Position numbers and translations under genes: made by a program | Origin: Octopus vulgaris | Taxonomy: Eukaryota | DNA length: 64,000 nucleotides | Assembly (NCBI GenBank): GCA_951406725.2 | Contig: OX597829.1 | Span: 30,938,001-31,002,000 of the forward strand | Direction: 5' to 3' | The notes under the pieces: generated by a model | Seen by the model: the letters and a program-made list of their open reading frames with translations, nothing else | Told to the model about the DNA's origin: nothing | Databases searched by the model: none | Shown here: positions 1 through 13,190 of the stretch, piece after piece | Layout of the letters: the number at the start of each line of letters is the position of its first letter | Position numbering within the stretch: the first letter of the stretch is position 1

Positions 1-600
1 AATCAGAAGTGTGAGGTGTTCTGTATTCAAAGCAGTTTATTAGTGTGAATCAGGATGTAGTTTGTAAAGAAAAGACAGCTGCACACTTGCTGAGACTGAT
101 ACTGAGAAGAAAGGCAGAAATGCTACTATGAGTGGTTGGGTTGTTTTGTGAAGAGAAACCATGGAAGAAAAAGAAGGAGAAAGAGAGAGAGAGAAAGAGA
201 AAGAGAGAGAGAGAGAGAGAGATTACAGGAGGGACTACAGGAAGTCAGTCCAACAATGTGACTTGTTATTGAAGTTGATAGCTATATGCTTTGAAGTGTT
301 AAGAATATGAAGGCAGGGAAGGAGGCTGGACCATCAAGGAGAGTCACTGAGATGGTGAAAATATCAGGTGAAGTAGAAAATGTGCTAGTTAATCACTTAC
401 ATGTTCAAGCAGTTAGTATAGTGAGGTATCATTTCGAATGACTAAAGTGTCATCTTTGACTGTTACAAAGACAAAGGAGATACATTTAAGAGCATTAAGT
501 GCAGAGGTTTCAAATTTTTGGAAAATAAGAGTTTTTGCACAATTGAATAGGAAGAGAATTAAGAGCCAGCCTAATATCACAGCACAATTAATACAACAGT
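1..600 (-). mobile_element. Highly decayed LINE endonuclease-region fragment (CR1/Jockey-like), tentative
   Basis: Minus-strand remnants resemble APE motifs (FNNKSHCW like DFNxHHxxW; Q*LSLM like SDHSLI). Interrupted by a GA repeat at 172-221. Confidence 0.3.
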
Positions 601-668
601 TACACTACCTCAGCAATATCAACCAATTGTTTTTTGAAGTTCTCAGCCCCGCAAATACACCTCAAGAT

Positions 669-1293
669 ATATTTCTTTATTGCCCACAAGGGGCTAAACA
701 TAGAGGGGACAGACAAAGGGATTAAGTCAATTACATTCATCATCATCATTGTTCGACCGTGGTCGAGACAATGGTATTTACCATACTACGCCAGACTTCA
801 CGGTCCATCATGGCATTACGGAGGTCTTGTTGCTGGATGCCTGTATCCCTGGAGATTACATCAGGGTAGGAGAGTGTGCGCCCTCTGGTATTGCGAGTAG
901 ATGGCTTCCAGAGGAGAAGAGTAGAAATTACTTCTTTTTCAGCTCTACAACAATGTCCCACAAACTGGACTCTCCTACCTTTCACAAGAGATGACACAGG
1001 TGGTAGTTTCCCATATATTTGCATTTTGGTTGGATGGCGCTTCCACGAGGGATTTTGAGCTCTCATAAGGAGGCGAGTGTAGGTTCCATCCAACCGCCTC
1101 TCAAGCTTCTTTGATAACGTCCAGGTTTCTGAGCCAATTACATAGACCCCAGTGCGTAACTGGTACTTAATTTATCGACCCCCGAAAGGATGAAAGGCAA
1201 AGTCGACCTTGGTGGAATTTGAACTCATAATGTAACGGCAGATGAAATACGGCTACGCACCTCACCCGGCGTGCTAACGTTTCTGCCAGCTCG
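669..1293 (-). mobile_element. tRNA-derived SINE family B, split by an RTE LINE insertion
   Basis: Segments 669-736 and 1135-1293 match the SINE-B copies at 16433, 18768, 56144 and 57403. The break is flanked by the duplication CAATTACAT. Confidence 0.9.
737..1134 (-). mobile_element. 5'-truncated RTE-like LINE (ORF C-terminus plus (TGA)n tail) with 9-bp TSD
   Basis: ORF 746..1093 (GSETWTLS..LDGTYTRLL..RRVQFVGHC..MMDREVWR). The stop codon runs into a TGA tail. TSD CAATTACAT at 728-736 and 1135-1143. Confidence 0.9.
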
Positions 1294-1299
1294 ACTTTT

Positions 1300-3100
1300 T
1301 TGAAGAATCAAAGACAAAGTCTCTGAGCCACTCAATATGGTTTTGAAAACCACAAACAAATTTAAATTGAAAATCTTCTAGGATTGCAATGAATTCCCTT
1401 GCCTGTACTAATTTTAAAGCACTCCAGTTCTAATGTGGTTGAAAATACCCCAGAAAACACCATAATTTTATGGAATAAAATGGATATTTGTCAAGATGAA
1501 TAGTTCTAACATGTCTTAGATAACTTTGGAGATTACCTTCCAATGATTTCATCCAGTAGGGCTATTCAAGCCATGGACTTCGAGAAAAAATGTGAAATTC
1601 CTTTTAAGGTTTGGAAGAAAATTTTACATTCACAAATATTTGAAGCTGATTGAGAGAGTACCTAATTAAGTGAATGTGCATAACACTGTACAAATTTGGT
1701 GTTCACTTAAAAAATCTCCTTTATTTTTGCTTGTGCTCCATTCAAATGCCCAACCATCATGCTCAGTCCATTATAAGTTTGTACAGTGAATTTTTGGTCA
1801 CAGTTGAATTCAGGAACAAATTTTCAAACTTCTGTTAATGATGCAACTTTTTGTCTTTACAGACATCGATGTATCTTCAAAACCTTTCTTGAGGTTTTTC
1901 CTTATCATCAAATCACAAAATGTGTGACAAATGAGACTTCATTTGAAGGTCCAGTTTCAACAAACATAACAGTAGCAAATGTTGTTTTTTTTTATCGTTG
2001 CCTTAATTTCACCTTCCCTTGTAGCAGCTATACAATTAATTTATCTTGTTTTAAATATTATTTGAAAGTTTAGAAAATGTGCAGTTGGCATTTTTCTTCA
2101 CTAAATCTAAATGTAATCTACTGTTTTGCACATAGCTAGCCTTATTGTTTGATTCTTCTGTTTCATAGTGTCCTTCAAACTGTAATTCTTGACAGGCCAA
2201 AATTTTTATACAATGAATTAACCTTTCCAATATATCAGGATTTTTCTTCACTGATCTATTATGGAACTGAATCAAAGTTGCTTTCCAGTAATCAATTGTT
2301 GTATCAATTTGTTGACTGTCAAAGGTTTTCAGAGTAACTACATAGGCACAGGAGTGGCTGTGTGGTAAGTAGCTTGCTTACCAACCACATGGTTCCGGGT
2401 TCAGTCCCACTGCGTGGCATCTTGGGCAAGTGTCTTCTGCTATAGCCCCGGCCCGACCAATGCCTCGTGAGTGGATTTGGTAGACGGAAACTGAAAGAAG
2501 CCTGTCGTATATATGTATATATATATATGTGTGTGTGTTTGTGTGTCTGTGTTTGTCCCCCTAGCATTGCTTGACAACCGATGCTGGTGTGTTTACGTCC
2601 TCGTCACTTAGCGGTTCGGCAAAAGAGACCGATAGAATAAGTACTGGGCTTACAAAAGAATAAGTCCCGGGGTCGAGTTGCTCGATTAAAGGCGGTGCTC
2701 CAGCATGGCCGCAGTCAAATGACTGAAACAAGTAAAAGAGAGTAAAGAGAGAAAGAGAGATCACCTGGTTCTGAGATTTTTGTGTTTTGTCAAAGATGTA
2801 ATAAAAGCTGTGAAAATTGCTGTAGCCAGTAACTGTCCATGTGTTTTTATGATGACAAAGGGAAACAGAAATTGTTGTTCAGCATGAGACATCCTGTCAT
2901 TCACTCATACTGTCCATAATACTTGGAATAAAAATAATGATAGCATACTGTGCTGCTGACTTTGGTTTTGATTTTCATTTCAAGCTTTGATTTCTCTTTT
3001 CTGAGACTGCTAATATTCTTCTTACCTGTGAAACTTCTTGTTGCAAAGGTCAGGAAAGTAGAGAGGAAACTGAGCTAATTGACTCTTTTTGCCATTTAGG
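1300..3100 (-). mobile_element. Decayed hAT transposase (ZMYM1/DUF4371-like), interrupted by a SINE
   Basis: Minus-strand motifs HNRSVKKNPDILERLIHCIKILACQELQFEGHYETEESNNKASY, VQTYNGLSMM (QxYDGAS), GHLNGAQAKIKE and VQCYAHSLN (HCxAHxLNL). Many stops and frameshifts. Confidence 0.75.
2345..2760 (+). mobile_element. tRNA-derived SINE family A (about 415 bp)
   Basis: Pol III A box TGGCTGTGTGG, B box GGTTCAGTCCC, core CTTGGGCAAGTGTCTT, internal TA/TG run, 3' hairpin CAGTCAAATGACTG and AAGAG tail. Many copies in the window. Confidence 0.92.
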
Positions 3101-3434
3101 GGGAGAATGAAGGCATAAAAACTGTTACTGGGTTGTAATCTTTTTGAATAAATCAAGGCATTAATTCTAACAAAAAATTTAGGTGCTAGTTTACTTTTTT
3201 ACATAACCATTTTTTAAAGATAATCTTAAATATTTAAGATTTGATTTTAAAGCATTGGCATGGATTAATGGATGAAAACTACTTTTTAAGGCAAGAAATA
3301 AAAACTTGCTGGCTGCTTTTTTTTTGTCCCAAGTATGAATTAGTCAACAAGAAAACTCTGGGTTCATATAACTGAATGTGGGTCTTAAGAAAGGATCAAG
3401 AATATTCTTCATGGATTAAATCTTTTTAAAAATC

Positions 3435-3810
3435 TGGTGTGGCTGTGTGGTTAGAAGTTTGCTTCCCATCCACATGGTTCCAGGTTCAGTCCGTCTGTGT
3501 GGCACCTTCACCAGGTGTCTTCTACTATAGCCTTAGGCCAACCAAAACCGTATGAGTGGATTTGGTAGATGGAAACTGAAAGAAGCCTTTCATATATATA
3601 TATATATATATATATCTGTGTGTGTCTTTGCTTCAAATTTTGTCCCCACCATCACATGATAACTTGTGTTTGGTGTGTTTATGTTCCTGTAACAAAACAG
3701 ACTGATAGAATAAGTACCAGGGTAGATTCATCCAACTAAAAATTCTTCAAGACCGTACCCCAGTATGGCTGCAGTCTAATGACTGAAAGACGTAAGAAAT
3801 AAAAGATAAA
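3435..3810 (+). mobile_element. SINE family A (diverged)
   Basis: Colinear with 2345-2760. Confidence 0.88.
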
Positions 3811-4749
3811 ATATATACTCTTCAGTAAATGAACCAGAATCAACATTAAAACAAACTTGCAAATTATTGACTAAATACCCATTCCTCTTCTAAATCTGCC
3901 TGACTATGGGGAAAGTTCTGAGACCTTTGAATAAACAAGTTTTTGATCTCTGCTGTAGTAAGACATCAGCACTTCAGGAGAAAATATGTTGACACAGCTG
4001 GAAGGCAAGCAGTAAAAAAAATATGCTTTTCTTTGCCTTTCTCTCTCTTGACCTCTCACTTGTTAGTTTTGTTTCTCTTTTTGACACTCCCTTTTCAAAG
4101 AGAATAATAGAATACAAAGAAACTAACACCATTGCTTTTTCTTACTATATCTGAAAGTAAGTAGAAAAACATTTGCTTTCTCTGCCTTTCTCTCTCTTGG
4201 ACTCTCACTCATTTGTTTTGTCTCTCTTGTTTTTGGTCTGCTCAATTGCCTGTGATGTGTTGGTGGCTGCTGACATTTGAAGAATCAAGACCAGCCCTGA
4301 TGTCATAACCTCTAGACACTGGACAATCCTGTGGAGTTTCATCTTTTTCATATTTATATCAGTAGTTGTAAGTTTCACACGTAATGACATAGTTACTGAA
4401 ACATGAAATTAATGAATGTTGAATACAATTATGTACGTTATAACTAATGAAATATGCCATGTAATATAAGAGAAATTAGCTTTAAAGTGTTTGGCATGTG
4501 TCACGGTGCCTTTTTATGTGCTTGTTCCCTCTGACATTAGAACCTGGCTATACCTCTGCTATGATTGAAATCAAGCAGAAAAAATTTTATTATTTTTTTT
4601 TACTTTCTCTCTGTGGTGCCTGTTATGGAAAGGCAAGCTTATTCACATTCATTACTGACAAAATGTGTCTGTTGGACCGACAAATTTCTAGCTGCTTGAT
4701 CATTCTAACAGAGATTCCTGAAACTTTCTTGACACCATTTGTTATTTTT

Positions 4750-5600
4750 GTGTCATTTACTGCAGTCTCACACTGAAGATCCCCAGTCAGTTGTTCCAAT
4801 CTTTTATTGAGTCAGAGAATCTTTCTTACAATATTGACTTCTATTATGGTCTCACACCATATGTCAGTTCACTAAAAAACGTATAGCTGTGGATTCATCT
4901 AGTCAACTGAGATAGCATATCCAGCAGAGTCTGTGTTTGTAGATGTCAGTTTCAATGCTAAGGGCATCAGTATGTAGCAGTACTTCAGACTCTAATGAAC
5001 ACCTAGAATATTGTGAAAGCATCATTGGTGGAACTGCTCTAAGATTTTAAGGAGTCTGTAATAGACAACTAAAGTTTCATAAGAGTAAGACAATATCATA
5101 AGGACACTTATATTGAATACTGAAATTTTAGAGCCTTTTTTTTTTATATTCTTTTCAGACACCAAACATGTACTTTGAGACTGGCAAAAATATCAGTTGC
5201 CTTCCTAATGCATGAAGCTATTTTCTCATGAAGCTATTTCCTCATCCAGTGAACAGTGCTGATTGATCATACTTTTCTTGCATGAAAATTTATCAATAAC
5301 TTCGAGCCTGTGTCTATTGACATAAATTGATTGTTCAATAGAGTGATTTGGGAGCCAGTTGAAACATTACCACCATTTTGTCAAGGCTAATGATTAATCC
5401 AAATGCCTTACATGGTTGCAAGATCTTATTCATAAAAGTTTGCATACACATCAGTGAATGTGCTACAAGATCACAATTGTCAGCATATAAAATATGGCAT
5501 ATTAGATTCTGAAAGAACTTGGTCTTTGTGAAAATGTACCATGTATTAAATACATATGTACATGCATATGTCCGATCGTGTTATCTATTGATACAAATGA
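4750..5600 (-). mobile_element. Possible very decayed hAT transposase fragment
   Basis: Only weak remnants such as HCSLDEEIA (like HCxAHRLxLA) and EVLLHTDA. Confidence 0.25.
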
Positions 5601-6039
5601 CTAAATGACTTCAATACTGAATGACATCCAAACAATAACTCCAGCTTTGATGCAATCAATAATTTCACCAAGTGAAAGGTCACTAAGGATTTCACTATTT
5701 ATAGACGAGTGCAATGGAATTAGCCGACCATTCCAGATGCATATTAATGCTAAATAATGACATGCACAGTGTCTTAGTAATATTAGAGTCATTCGTTTTT
5801 ATTGGTTCACTAATTGTACAAAACAACAATGAAAAGAACAAGAAATTGAATACTAAAAACCATAGTGGAGTTCTTTGTATTTTTCTACTTAGAGTATTGT
5901 GTGTGTTTGGATGTGTGTGTGTATGGATATTGATGTAATGTGTGAGTTAAGATTAAGTGCATATCATATTAATGTAGGCATAAAACAGTAAGAAACATAT
6001 TCAAATTTTTCATTGGTATTTTTTATTGTTGTTATTGTT

Positions 6040-6076
6040 GTGTGTGTGTATGTGTGTGAGTGTGTTTATGTATATG

Positions 6077-6166
<90 letters not shown>

Positions 6167-6182
6167 TGTATATGTATGTATG
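6040..6182. repeat. Compound (TG)n/(TA)n/(TATG)n microsatellite
   Basis: Direct inspection. Confidence 0.95.
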
Positions 6183-6316
6183 ATCCAAATAATAAGAAAA
6201 CAAAGAAATTCTTTAACATATCATTTATGATATTTTACAATTACTTTTTATGTTCAGTTATAATAAAAACAATTTTACATTAATCTCATGGGTTACTCTA
6301 TACTTTTATTAAAGTA

Positions 6317-6425
6317 CAAATGCATCATTCTTAAACAAGAATATTATTGACAGTGACTTCAAAGCTGGACTGCCAACTTTGAAGTCATTTTTAATAATAT
6401 TCTTGTTTAAGAATGGTATGTTTGT
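6317..6425. repeat. Near-perfect palindrome (about 45-bp arms)
   Basis: CATTCTTAAACAAGAATATTATT..TGACTTCAAAG pairs with CTTTGAAGTCA..AATAATATTCTTGTTTAAGAATG. Confidence 0.85.
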
Positions 6426-6999
6426 CTGTCTGTCTGTCTGTCTAGTCTATCGGTCTCTATATGAACCTGGGAAGGCCTGTGCCATCACCTGCTGCTGTTA
6501 AGATTACTGAAACTATGGTTTCCCATGACTACACTAGGAGTGAAAACTGGAGTGGTTTCCCATTGCCTTCTCCAGCCAGGTAGGATTTGGACTCAGAATG
6601 TAGAGATCTGGAAGATGTACCATAAAGCATTTCTGCTAACATGCCAATGTTTCTGCTGCTCTCCCATCCACTAGAGAAGCATGAAATTAAGTGTTTTGCT
6701 CAAGAACACGACACACTTCCCAACAACAGCAGCAGCAGCAACAGCTGTCCAAGAATTTGGACTTGGAGATCTCCATTTCCAGCAACTTCAAGGGCCACCT
6801 CCCAGTGGTGTTGGGTGTCAACGAAGAGCCCTCGACTACAAGACGACCAAGTTTTTTTTTCCCAAGGTCTGGGGTCTCCCACCCCTAAGCCCTAGACCAT
6901 CACCTAATCACCCTTACCCGTCTTGTTGCTTAACAACAACAACAACAACAACAACAGCAACAACCTTTTCCATTATAGGCACAAAGCCTGAAATTTTGT

Positions 7000-8190
7000 G
7001 AGAGGGGACTCCCTGACTGGTGATTATCTGCAGCACCAACTTCAAGAAGCTAACCAGCCACCTGATAACCTACCAATCAGGTGACTGTGCTAGCCAGATC
7101 GATTGCATTCTCACCAGGCTGCAGGATGCATGGTTGCTCCTAAACAGAAAAACTTTCCCTGGTGAAGAATGTGTCCCCCAGTATAGACTAGTCATTAGTG
7201 ACTTTAGACTCTTGGCCAGAAGGAGGCCAGGAAGCAGACCAATCTGAAAAAGAAGGATTTGGAACCATAAAGATCCTTCATATGGTCAGTGATTTAGGGA
7301 CATCCTAACTAGGAAATCTGATGAAAAGGAGGAGGAGCTACAAACTTGTGACATAGACGGCAATTGGGAATTCTTGTGCAACAGCTTGCTGAGTGCCACA
7401 AACCAAATCTGCAGGTGGTGCAAAGTCCCAACCAGACCTAGGGTAATGTGGTAATGTAACATTGTCAAGGACAGAGACATTAGAACAAAGAAACAGGCCT
7501 GGAAGACCTGGAAGTGTTGGAGTGGCAGAAAGGTGTATCAGATAGCCAGAAGGGAGGCTAGGAGACAGGTATATCTAGCCAAGGGAGAAGCAGAAAAGAG
7601 GAAGTTTGCCTATGTTCAGCAACATGAGGACCAAAGAATTGAAGAGTTTTGGATTGCAATACAGTGCGTGAGAGAAAATTGTGATGTCAGAGGAGAGGAA
7701 GGTGCCTGCAGTGGATGATGCTGCACTTTCATTTAATGATTCTGCAAAGAAAGAGGCTTGGAAATGCCATTATGAAAGACTGCTGAATGTAGAGAATGTA
7801 TTGGAGGAGGAGAGTCTGCCAAATGTTGACCCAAGTGAGGGACCTGCTACCTGAATCAACAGTACTTTGGTAAATTAAGCAATTAAGGACATGAAGATAT
7901 GGAAAAATCCCTGGCCCTTCAGGAATCACCGTTGAGATGCTTAAAATATCTGGCAGTGTAGGTTATGGTCTAGTCACCCATATTGTAAATCAGGTGATTC
8001 ACAAAGGAGTCATACCTAATGACTGGTGTAGCAGCACAGCAGTCGACTGTTACAAAGGTAAAAGTGATACCTTGAGTAGAAATAATTACAGAGCTATCAA
8101 ATTGTTGGATCAGGTGATGAAAGTTATGGAGAAAGTCATGGTCCAACTAATAGGAGGAGAATTAGTCCAGATGAGATGCAGCTTGGTTAT
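7000..8190 (+). mobile_element. Decayed RTE LINE fragment (endonuclease C-terminus to start of RT)
   Basis: ITYQSGDCASQIDCILTR..QYRLVISDF and IPNDWCSS..YKGKSDTLSRNNYRAIKLLDQVMKVMEKV in broken ORFs. Confidence 0.9.
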
Positions 8191-8510
8191 GTGTGGATGT
8201 GTTTACACCCATAACTTGCCAAAAAGAGACTAATACAAATGCCAGGCTTAAAAAATAAAAAGCAATGGGGTCAGTTCATTTGACAAAAATTCTTCAAGGC
8301 ATTGTCCCAAAATGGCAACAGTCTGATGACCAAAACAAGTAAAGGAATAGAAGAATATAATAAAACACCATAAATAGCTTCAGCCGTTCTAGTTGTTTTT
8401 AATGGTGAAAACTTTACAAAGATGGCAATGAATACTGCTTTAATTATTGTCTAAACTGTAATCAGTTGCAGCCAGGCATGTTCACATTCTTTAACAATAC
8501 AAATGAGTGA

Positions 8511-8550
<40 letters not shown>

Positions 8551-8559
8551 CATATAATT

Positions 8560-9024
8560 AAATAATGATAAGTCCAGCAGAATTTTGGGAGCTGTATTTT
8601 TGTGATCCTTTCTAACAATTCATGTAAGAGTTCTACAGTCCCTATCTGAAAGTTTTAGCTTTCTTCTGGAGTTTTGTTTTGACAAGGATGTTTTTCTCTC
8701 TTTCTCAAAGGCTGTCATTACTTTCAAGACAACACTTCTTGATACACCAAACATTTTGGCTGTTTCCATTACACTAGCACCTGCCATACGAGCACCAACA
8801 ATTTGACCTCTTTGAAAGTCTGATACATCTGTCATCTTAATGAATTTTAATTACTTGTTTTTGATGATATCTGAAAAGAAACAGTAATTTTAGTAAAACA
8901 TATTAGGCAACACTAATAATAAATAAAAAAACATAAAAATAAACAAGCTTTTGATGGTTTTATAGATATTTCAAAATGATGATGCTATGATGCTAGGTGT
9001 TTCCATTATTTTGGCCAACCCCTG
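8560..9024 (-). mobile_element. Tc1-like transposon 5' end (TIR plus HTH region)
   Basis: TA-CAGGGGTTGGCCAAAATAATGGAAACAC terminus. ORF 8620..8835 MTDVSDFQRGQIVGARMAGASV..AKMFGVSRS. Confidence 0.88.
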
Positions 9025-9195
9025 TATGTATATATAATCCCAATGAGGATATTTAAACCTTTTATAGGGACATACACATATACATCCACACATAATAAAC
9101 ATGTCTCTATATTCCAAGTATTCCTTATTGTCCTTTGTACACCCTGATAAGTTTCTATACAAGGTATTTAAAATGCAAAATTATATATTTATATA

Positions 9196-9359
9196 TTCTT
9201 TTGCTTGTTTCAGTCATTTGACTGTGGCCATGCTGGAGTACCACCTTTAGTCAATCAAATCAATCCCAGGACTTATTTTTGTAAGCCTAGTACTTATTCT
9301 GTCAGTCTCTTTTGCTGAACCAGCATCGGTTGTCAAGCAATGCTGGCAGGACAAACACA

Positions 9360-9360
<1 letters not shown>
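9196..9360 (-). mobile_element. SINE family A, 3' half
   Basis: Reverse complement of the SINE-A tail, followed by (CA)n at 9362-9423. Confidence 0.85.
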
Positions 9361-9426
<66 letters not shown>

Positions 9427-10126
9427 TGGAAAAGACAGAAATGCATTTTGCATCCTCGCTGGCCGCTGCTAAGGCTGATTTTCATCTCTCTCTGATATTT
9501 ATTGTTTTTAAAATGGCAAGTAAGAGATGTGAACTCAGGACAGATACTGCAATTATAACTGGCTAATCCACAGTACATTCGGTATGTAAACCTTCCTTAG
9601 TTAAAGCATTTCAAAATGAGTAGGAGGCAAACCTGGCTTCAATACTTGCGGCAGAGTGGATTCTGCTACAGAGTCCCACCTGGCAGAAGGTGCCAGATGG
9701 TGGTGATGTTAAACTGGGCAGTGGATTGTGTCTCAACATGTCCAGTAACTTAGAGAGGTTCAGCAAAAAGAAATGGATAAAATAAGAACCCTGCTGAAAT
9801 AAGTAGTAGAATTGATAATGTCAACTAAAAGCTTGAAGGCAGTGCTCCAGCTTTGCCACAGTCTAATGACTGAAACCAGTGAAAGAATAAAAGAATAATG
9901 GAATGTAAATTAAATCAAGGATAGATTTTTAGCATCTTTTTTCACTTGGAATAGTTGAAATATTTCCAATTGATTTGTATTTTCATTTTTTTTTTTATGA
10001 TGTAGCTCTTTGCCCTTTCTTTGCCCTTACCCCCACCTCAGTCCTTTTCTCTATATGCATACCAAACAGCAAAAAATTTGGCAATTTAGTCCATCTTTTA
10101 TTTGTAACATTTGTTATTATATATTC

Positions 10127-10127
<1 letters not shown>

Positions 10128-10157
<30 letters not shown>

Positions 10158-10484
10158 CATACATACGTACATACATACATATATATATATATATATACAC
10201 ATATATAGATATGTGTGAGTATTTTTAAATATATATATTTGTATATATACATACATACACATACATACACACATATATACATGTATATATGTGTGTATAT
10301 GTGTATGTATGTATATATACAAATATATATATATATATATAAACATACACACACATATCTATGTATGTATATAAAAGTATATCCATATATGTGTATTTAT
10401 ATATGTGGGTATATAAGTACACATACATACATACACACACACGCGCATATATATATATATATCCACACACTCACACATATATAT

Positions 10485-10542
<58 letters not shown>

Positions 10543-10635
10543 ACATATACATCCACATATATAAATACACATATATAGACATGCTTTTATATACATACAT
10601 ACTTACACATCTACACATACACAGACATATACACA
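10128..10635. repeat. Compound (CATA)n/(TA)n/(CA)n microsatellite
   Basis: Direct inspection. It explains the overlapping YI/HT ORFs. Confidence 0.95.
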
Positions 10636-11277
10636 CTTTTTTTATGTTATATCCCAACCTTTACAGAGATGTTTATGTTGGCAGAAAACATTCAACACAC
10701 AACAATAGAAAAACTATCTGAACGTAAACTAGAGCTCGTTAAAACGGTTCATAAACCACAAGTATTCCCAAAGACAGAATAATTAAGAGGATTATCTTCT
10801 ATTTGTCATTGCTTTTGTTTTTGTTCTTTAACCACCTAGGTTAGTCCTGACTAAACAGATTTATGATCAAAGGCATTCTAGTCACCCCTTTGCCACCCCT
10901 TTTATCTAGGCAGAAGGAATCCAAGCTTACAGTATTCTTTTTTTTTTTTTTTTCAAATGGTAACATAGATTTGGAGGAGATTAGGCTGCTATTTCTAGCA
11001 AGTCATGGGACTATGTAGAGTATGTGCTGGCAAACTTCATATATCATTGAGACATTCAAGGAATTGTTGATAACTAATCAACCCTCACCTCATCTCATAA
11101 ATTTCTAAAATAAAATTAAAAAGTATAAATTGTAAAAATATTTCTTAATTCAAAAACAATAATTCCCTCATTCTTTTGTGTCATTACCACTTTTTAATAA
11201 GAAATATTTAAAAGAATTTAATGAAAATACTTAATGAATTTAATAAAAAGAACAATTTAAAAAAATTTAGTCATATA

Positions 11278-11488
11278 TTGGTTTCAAATTTTGGAACAAG
11301 GCCAGTAATTTTGGGGGAAATCGATTACAATGACCCCAGTATTTGACTGGTACTTATTTTATTGACCCTGAATGGATGAAAGGCAAAGTCAAACTCGGAG
11401 GAATTTGAACTCAAAAACATGTAGACAGATGAAATGCTGTTAAGTATTTTGCCCTGTGTGCTAACGACCCTGCCAACTCACCACCTTC
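11278..11488 (-). mobile_element. SINE family B variant
   Basis: Contains GATGAAAGGCAAAGTC..GAATTTGAACTC, shared with SINE-B. Confidence 0.8.
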
Positions 11489-12544
11489 AGTCACATTATA
11501 TTAATTGGCAATGTGGCCGATGCTGGTGTTGTGTAACTAGCACCTGTGTTGGCGGCACATAAAAAGCACCTTTCAAGCATTGGACCTTACAGAAACAATG
11601 ACATATGACCGAGACCTTTGGCAATCTGCTGTGCTAGAGAAGACCCATCAAACCAAGTGAAATCGTAGTTGTGGCAGATACTGGTATCATGCAAATGGCA
11701 CCTGTGCTAGTGGCACATAAAAGCAACCATTACACTTGTCATCATGAGTACAACGCCCTAACTACTAGACCATATGCCTTTACATAGATTCCCCAGTAGC
11801 CAAAATTGACTACTATGCTGCCACCTGGTGTAGAGGTTCTCTTGTTAGCTTGCGTTCTCTAAGTAGTAAGTAAACAAGAACTTCATGTACTTCTCAGACG
11901 GATGCTGCTCTATTACAGGTAATCCCTACCGTTAAAAGCTTGGTATCCATTCCTCTCCATATACAGGTGAAACAAAGTCAGTATGAGTTCTGTCCAAAAG
12001 CACAATATGATGTCTGCTTGTTCACTTATCTTACTTTGCACTCCATTAAAACTCAAATACTTGAAGTAAAAAAGAAAAACTTTTTCTTCTTATTCTTCAC
12101 AACATTTTTTATTCCGTTTCATTCCATATTCTTTTATTAGAATTCAATGCAGGTTTTGTTTAGTTTAGTTTTTTTTTTTTTTTATCTTTTTTTTTTTCTC
12201 TCCTGCCATTATTCTTAGCTTCATGCCTATTTAAGAGAGTTCACTTTACATGCAACAATTACTTTACCATTGGCCAATTAAGAAACAACCTGCAGTCAGT
12301 GTAAAAAAAAATGCCAAAATGGTTTTCTGGTAATGAGATTTCAACACACAGCACTGACATTATTATACACACTCAATAAATTATAAAATGTTGCTTATTG
12401 AATTTACTTAAGCTCTATTAACTCAATTTGAAGCTATTTTGCTCTTTTACACATCCACACACAATCACTCACACACACTATTAAGGTCTGCAAAAGAATT
12501 TTGTTAGGGTAGTGTATGTGTGTGTACACATATGTACATATATA

Positions 12545-12714
12545 GGCGCAGGAGTGGCTGTGTGGTAAGTAGCTTGCTAACCAACCACATGGTTCCGGGT
12601 TCAGTCCCACTGTGTGGCATCTTGGGCAAGTGTCTTCTGCTATAGCCCCGGGCCGACCAATGCCTTGTGAGTGGATTTGGTAGACGGAAACTGAAAGAAG
12701 CCTGTTGTATATAT

Positions 12715-12754
<40 letters not shown>

Positions 12755-12963
12755 TTATGTGTCTGTGTTTGTCCCCCTAGCATTGCTTGACAACCGATGC
12801 TGGTGTGTTTACGTCCCCGTCACTTAGCGGTTCGGCAAAAGAGACCGATAGAATAAGTACTGGACTTACAAAGAATAAGTCCCGGGGTGCGCTCGATTAA
12901 AGCTCTCCAGCATGGCTGCAGTCAAATGACTGAAACAAGTAAAAGAGTAAAAGAGTAAAGAGT
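12545..12963 (+). mobile_element. SINE family A
   Basis: Near-identical to 2345-2760. Confidence 0.92.
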
Positions 12964-13086
12964 ATATATGTATACATACACACACACAGAGAAACACACA
13001 CATACACACTCACACACAAACATATTGTCAGTGGATTATACATCCAAAAAATAAGCACACTCTAAAACTTAGAGCTGTAATATATT

Positions 13087-13150
13087 TAGGATCTGATGAG
13101 TCGTCTATAAGGCTAAGTGCTTTATGGATGTGAAACCATTGGTCACTCTA
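13087..13150 (+). ncRNA. Type-I hammerhead ribozyme motif (in a short element at about 13022-13180)
   Basis: taggat-CTGATGA(13093-99)-stem II g(t)cgtctataaggc/gctttatggatgt-GAAAcc att ggTC(13144)-actcta. Stem I has one mismatch. Confidence 0.75.
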
Positions 13151-13190
13151 TGACAGAACATATATTTAACTGCATGTAAATATATATATC

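Noticed and set aside
2345-2420. tRNA gene-like sequence
   Set aside because: It is the Pol III head of a SINE, always followed by the SINE body. The same applies to the other heads.
12225-12300. TATTTAA and CCAAT-like promoter motifs
   Set aside because: Such motifs are expected by chance in AT-rich DNA and there is no associated gene.
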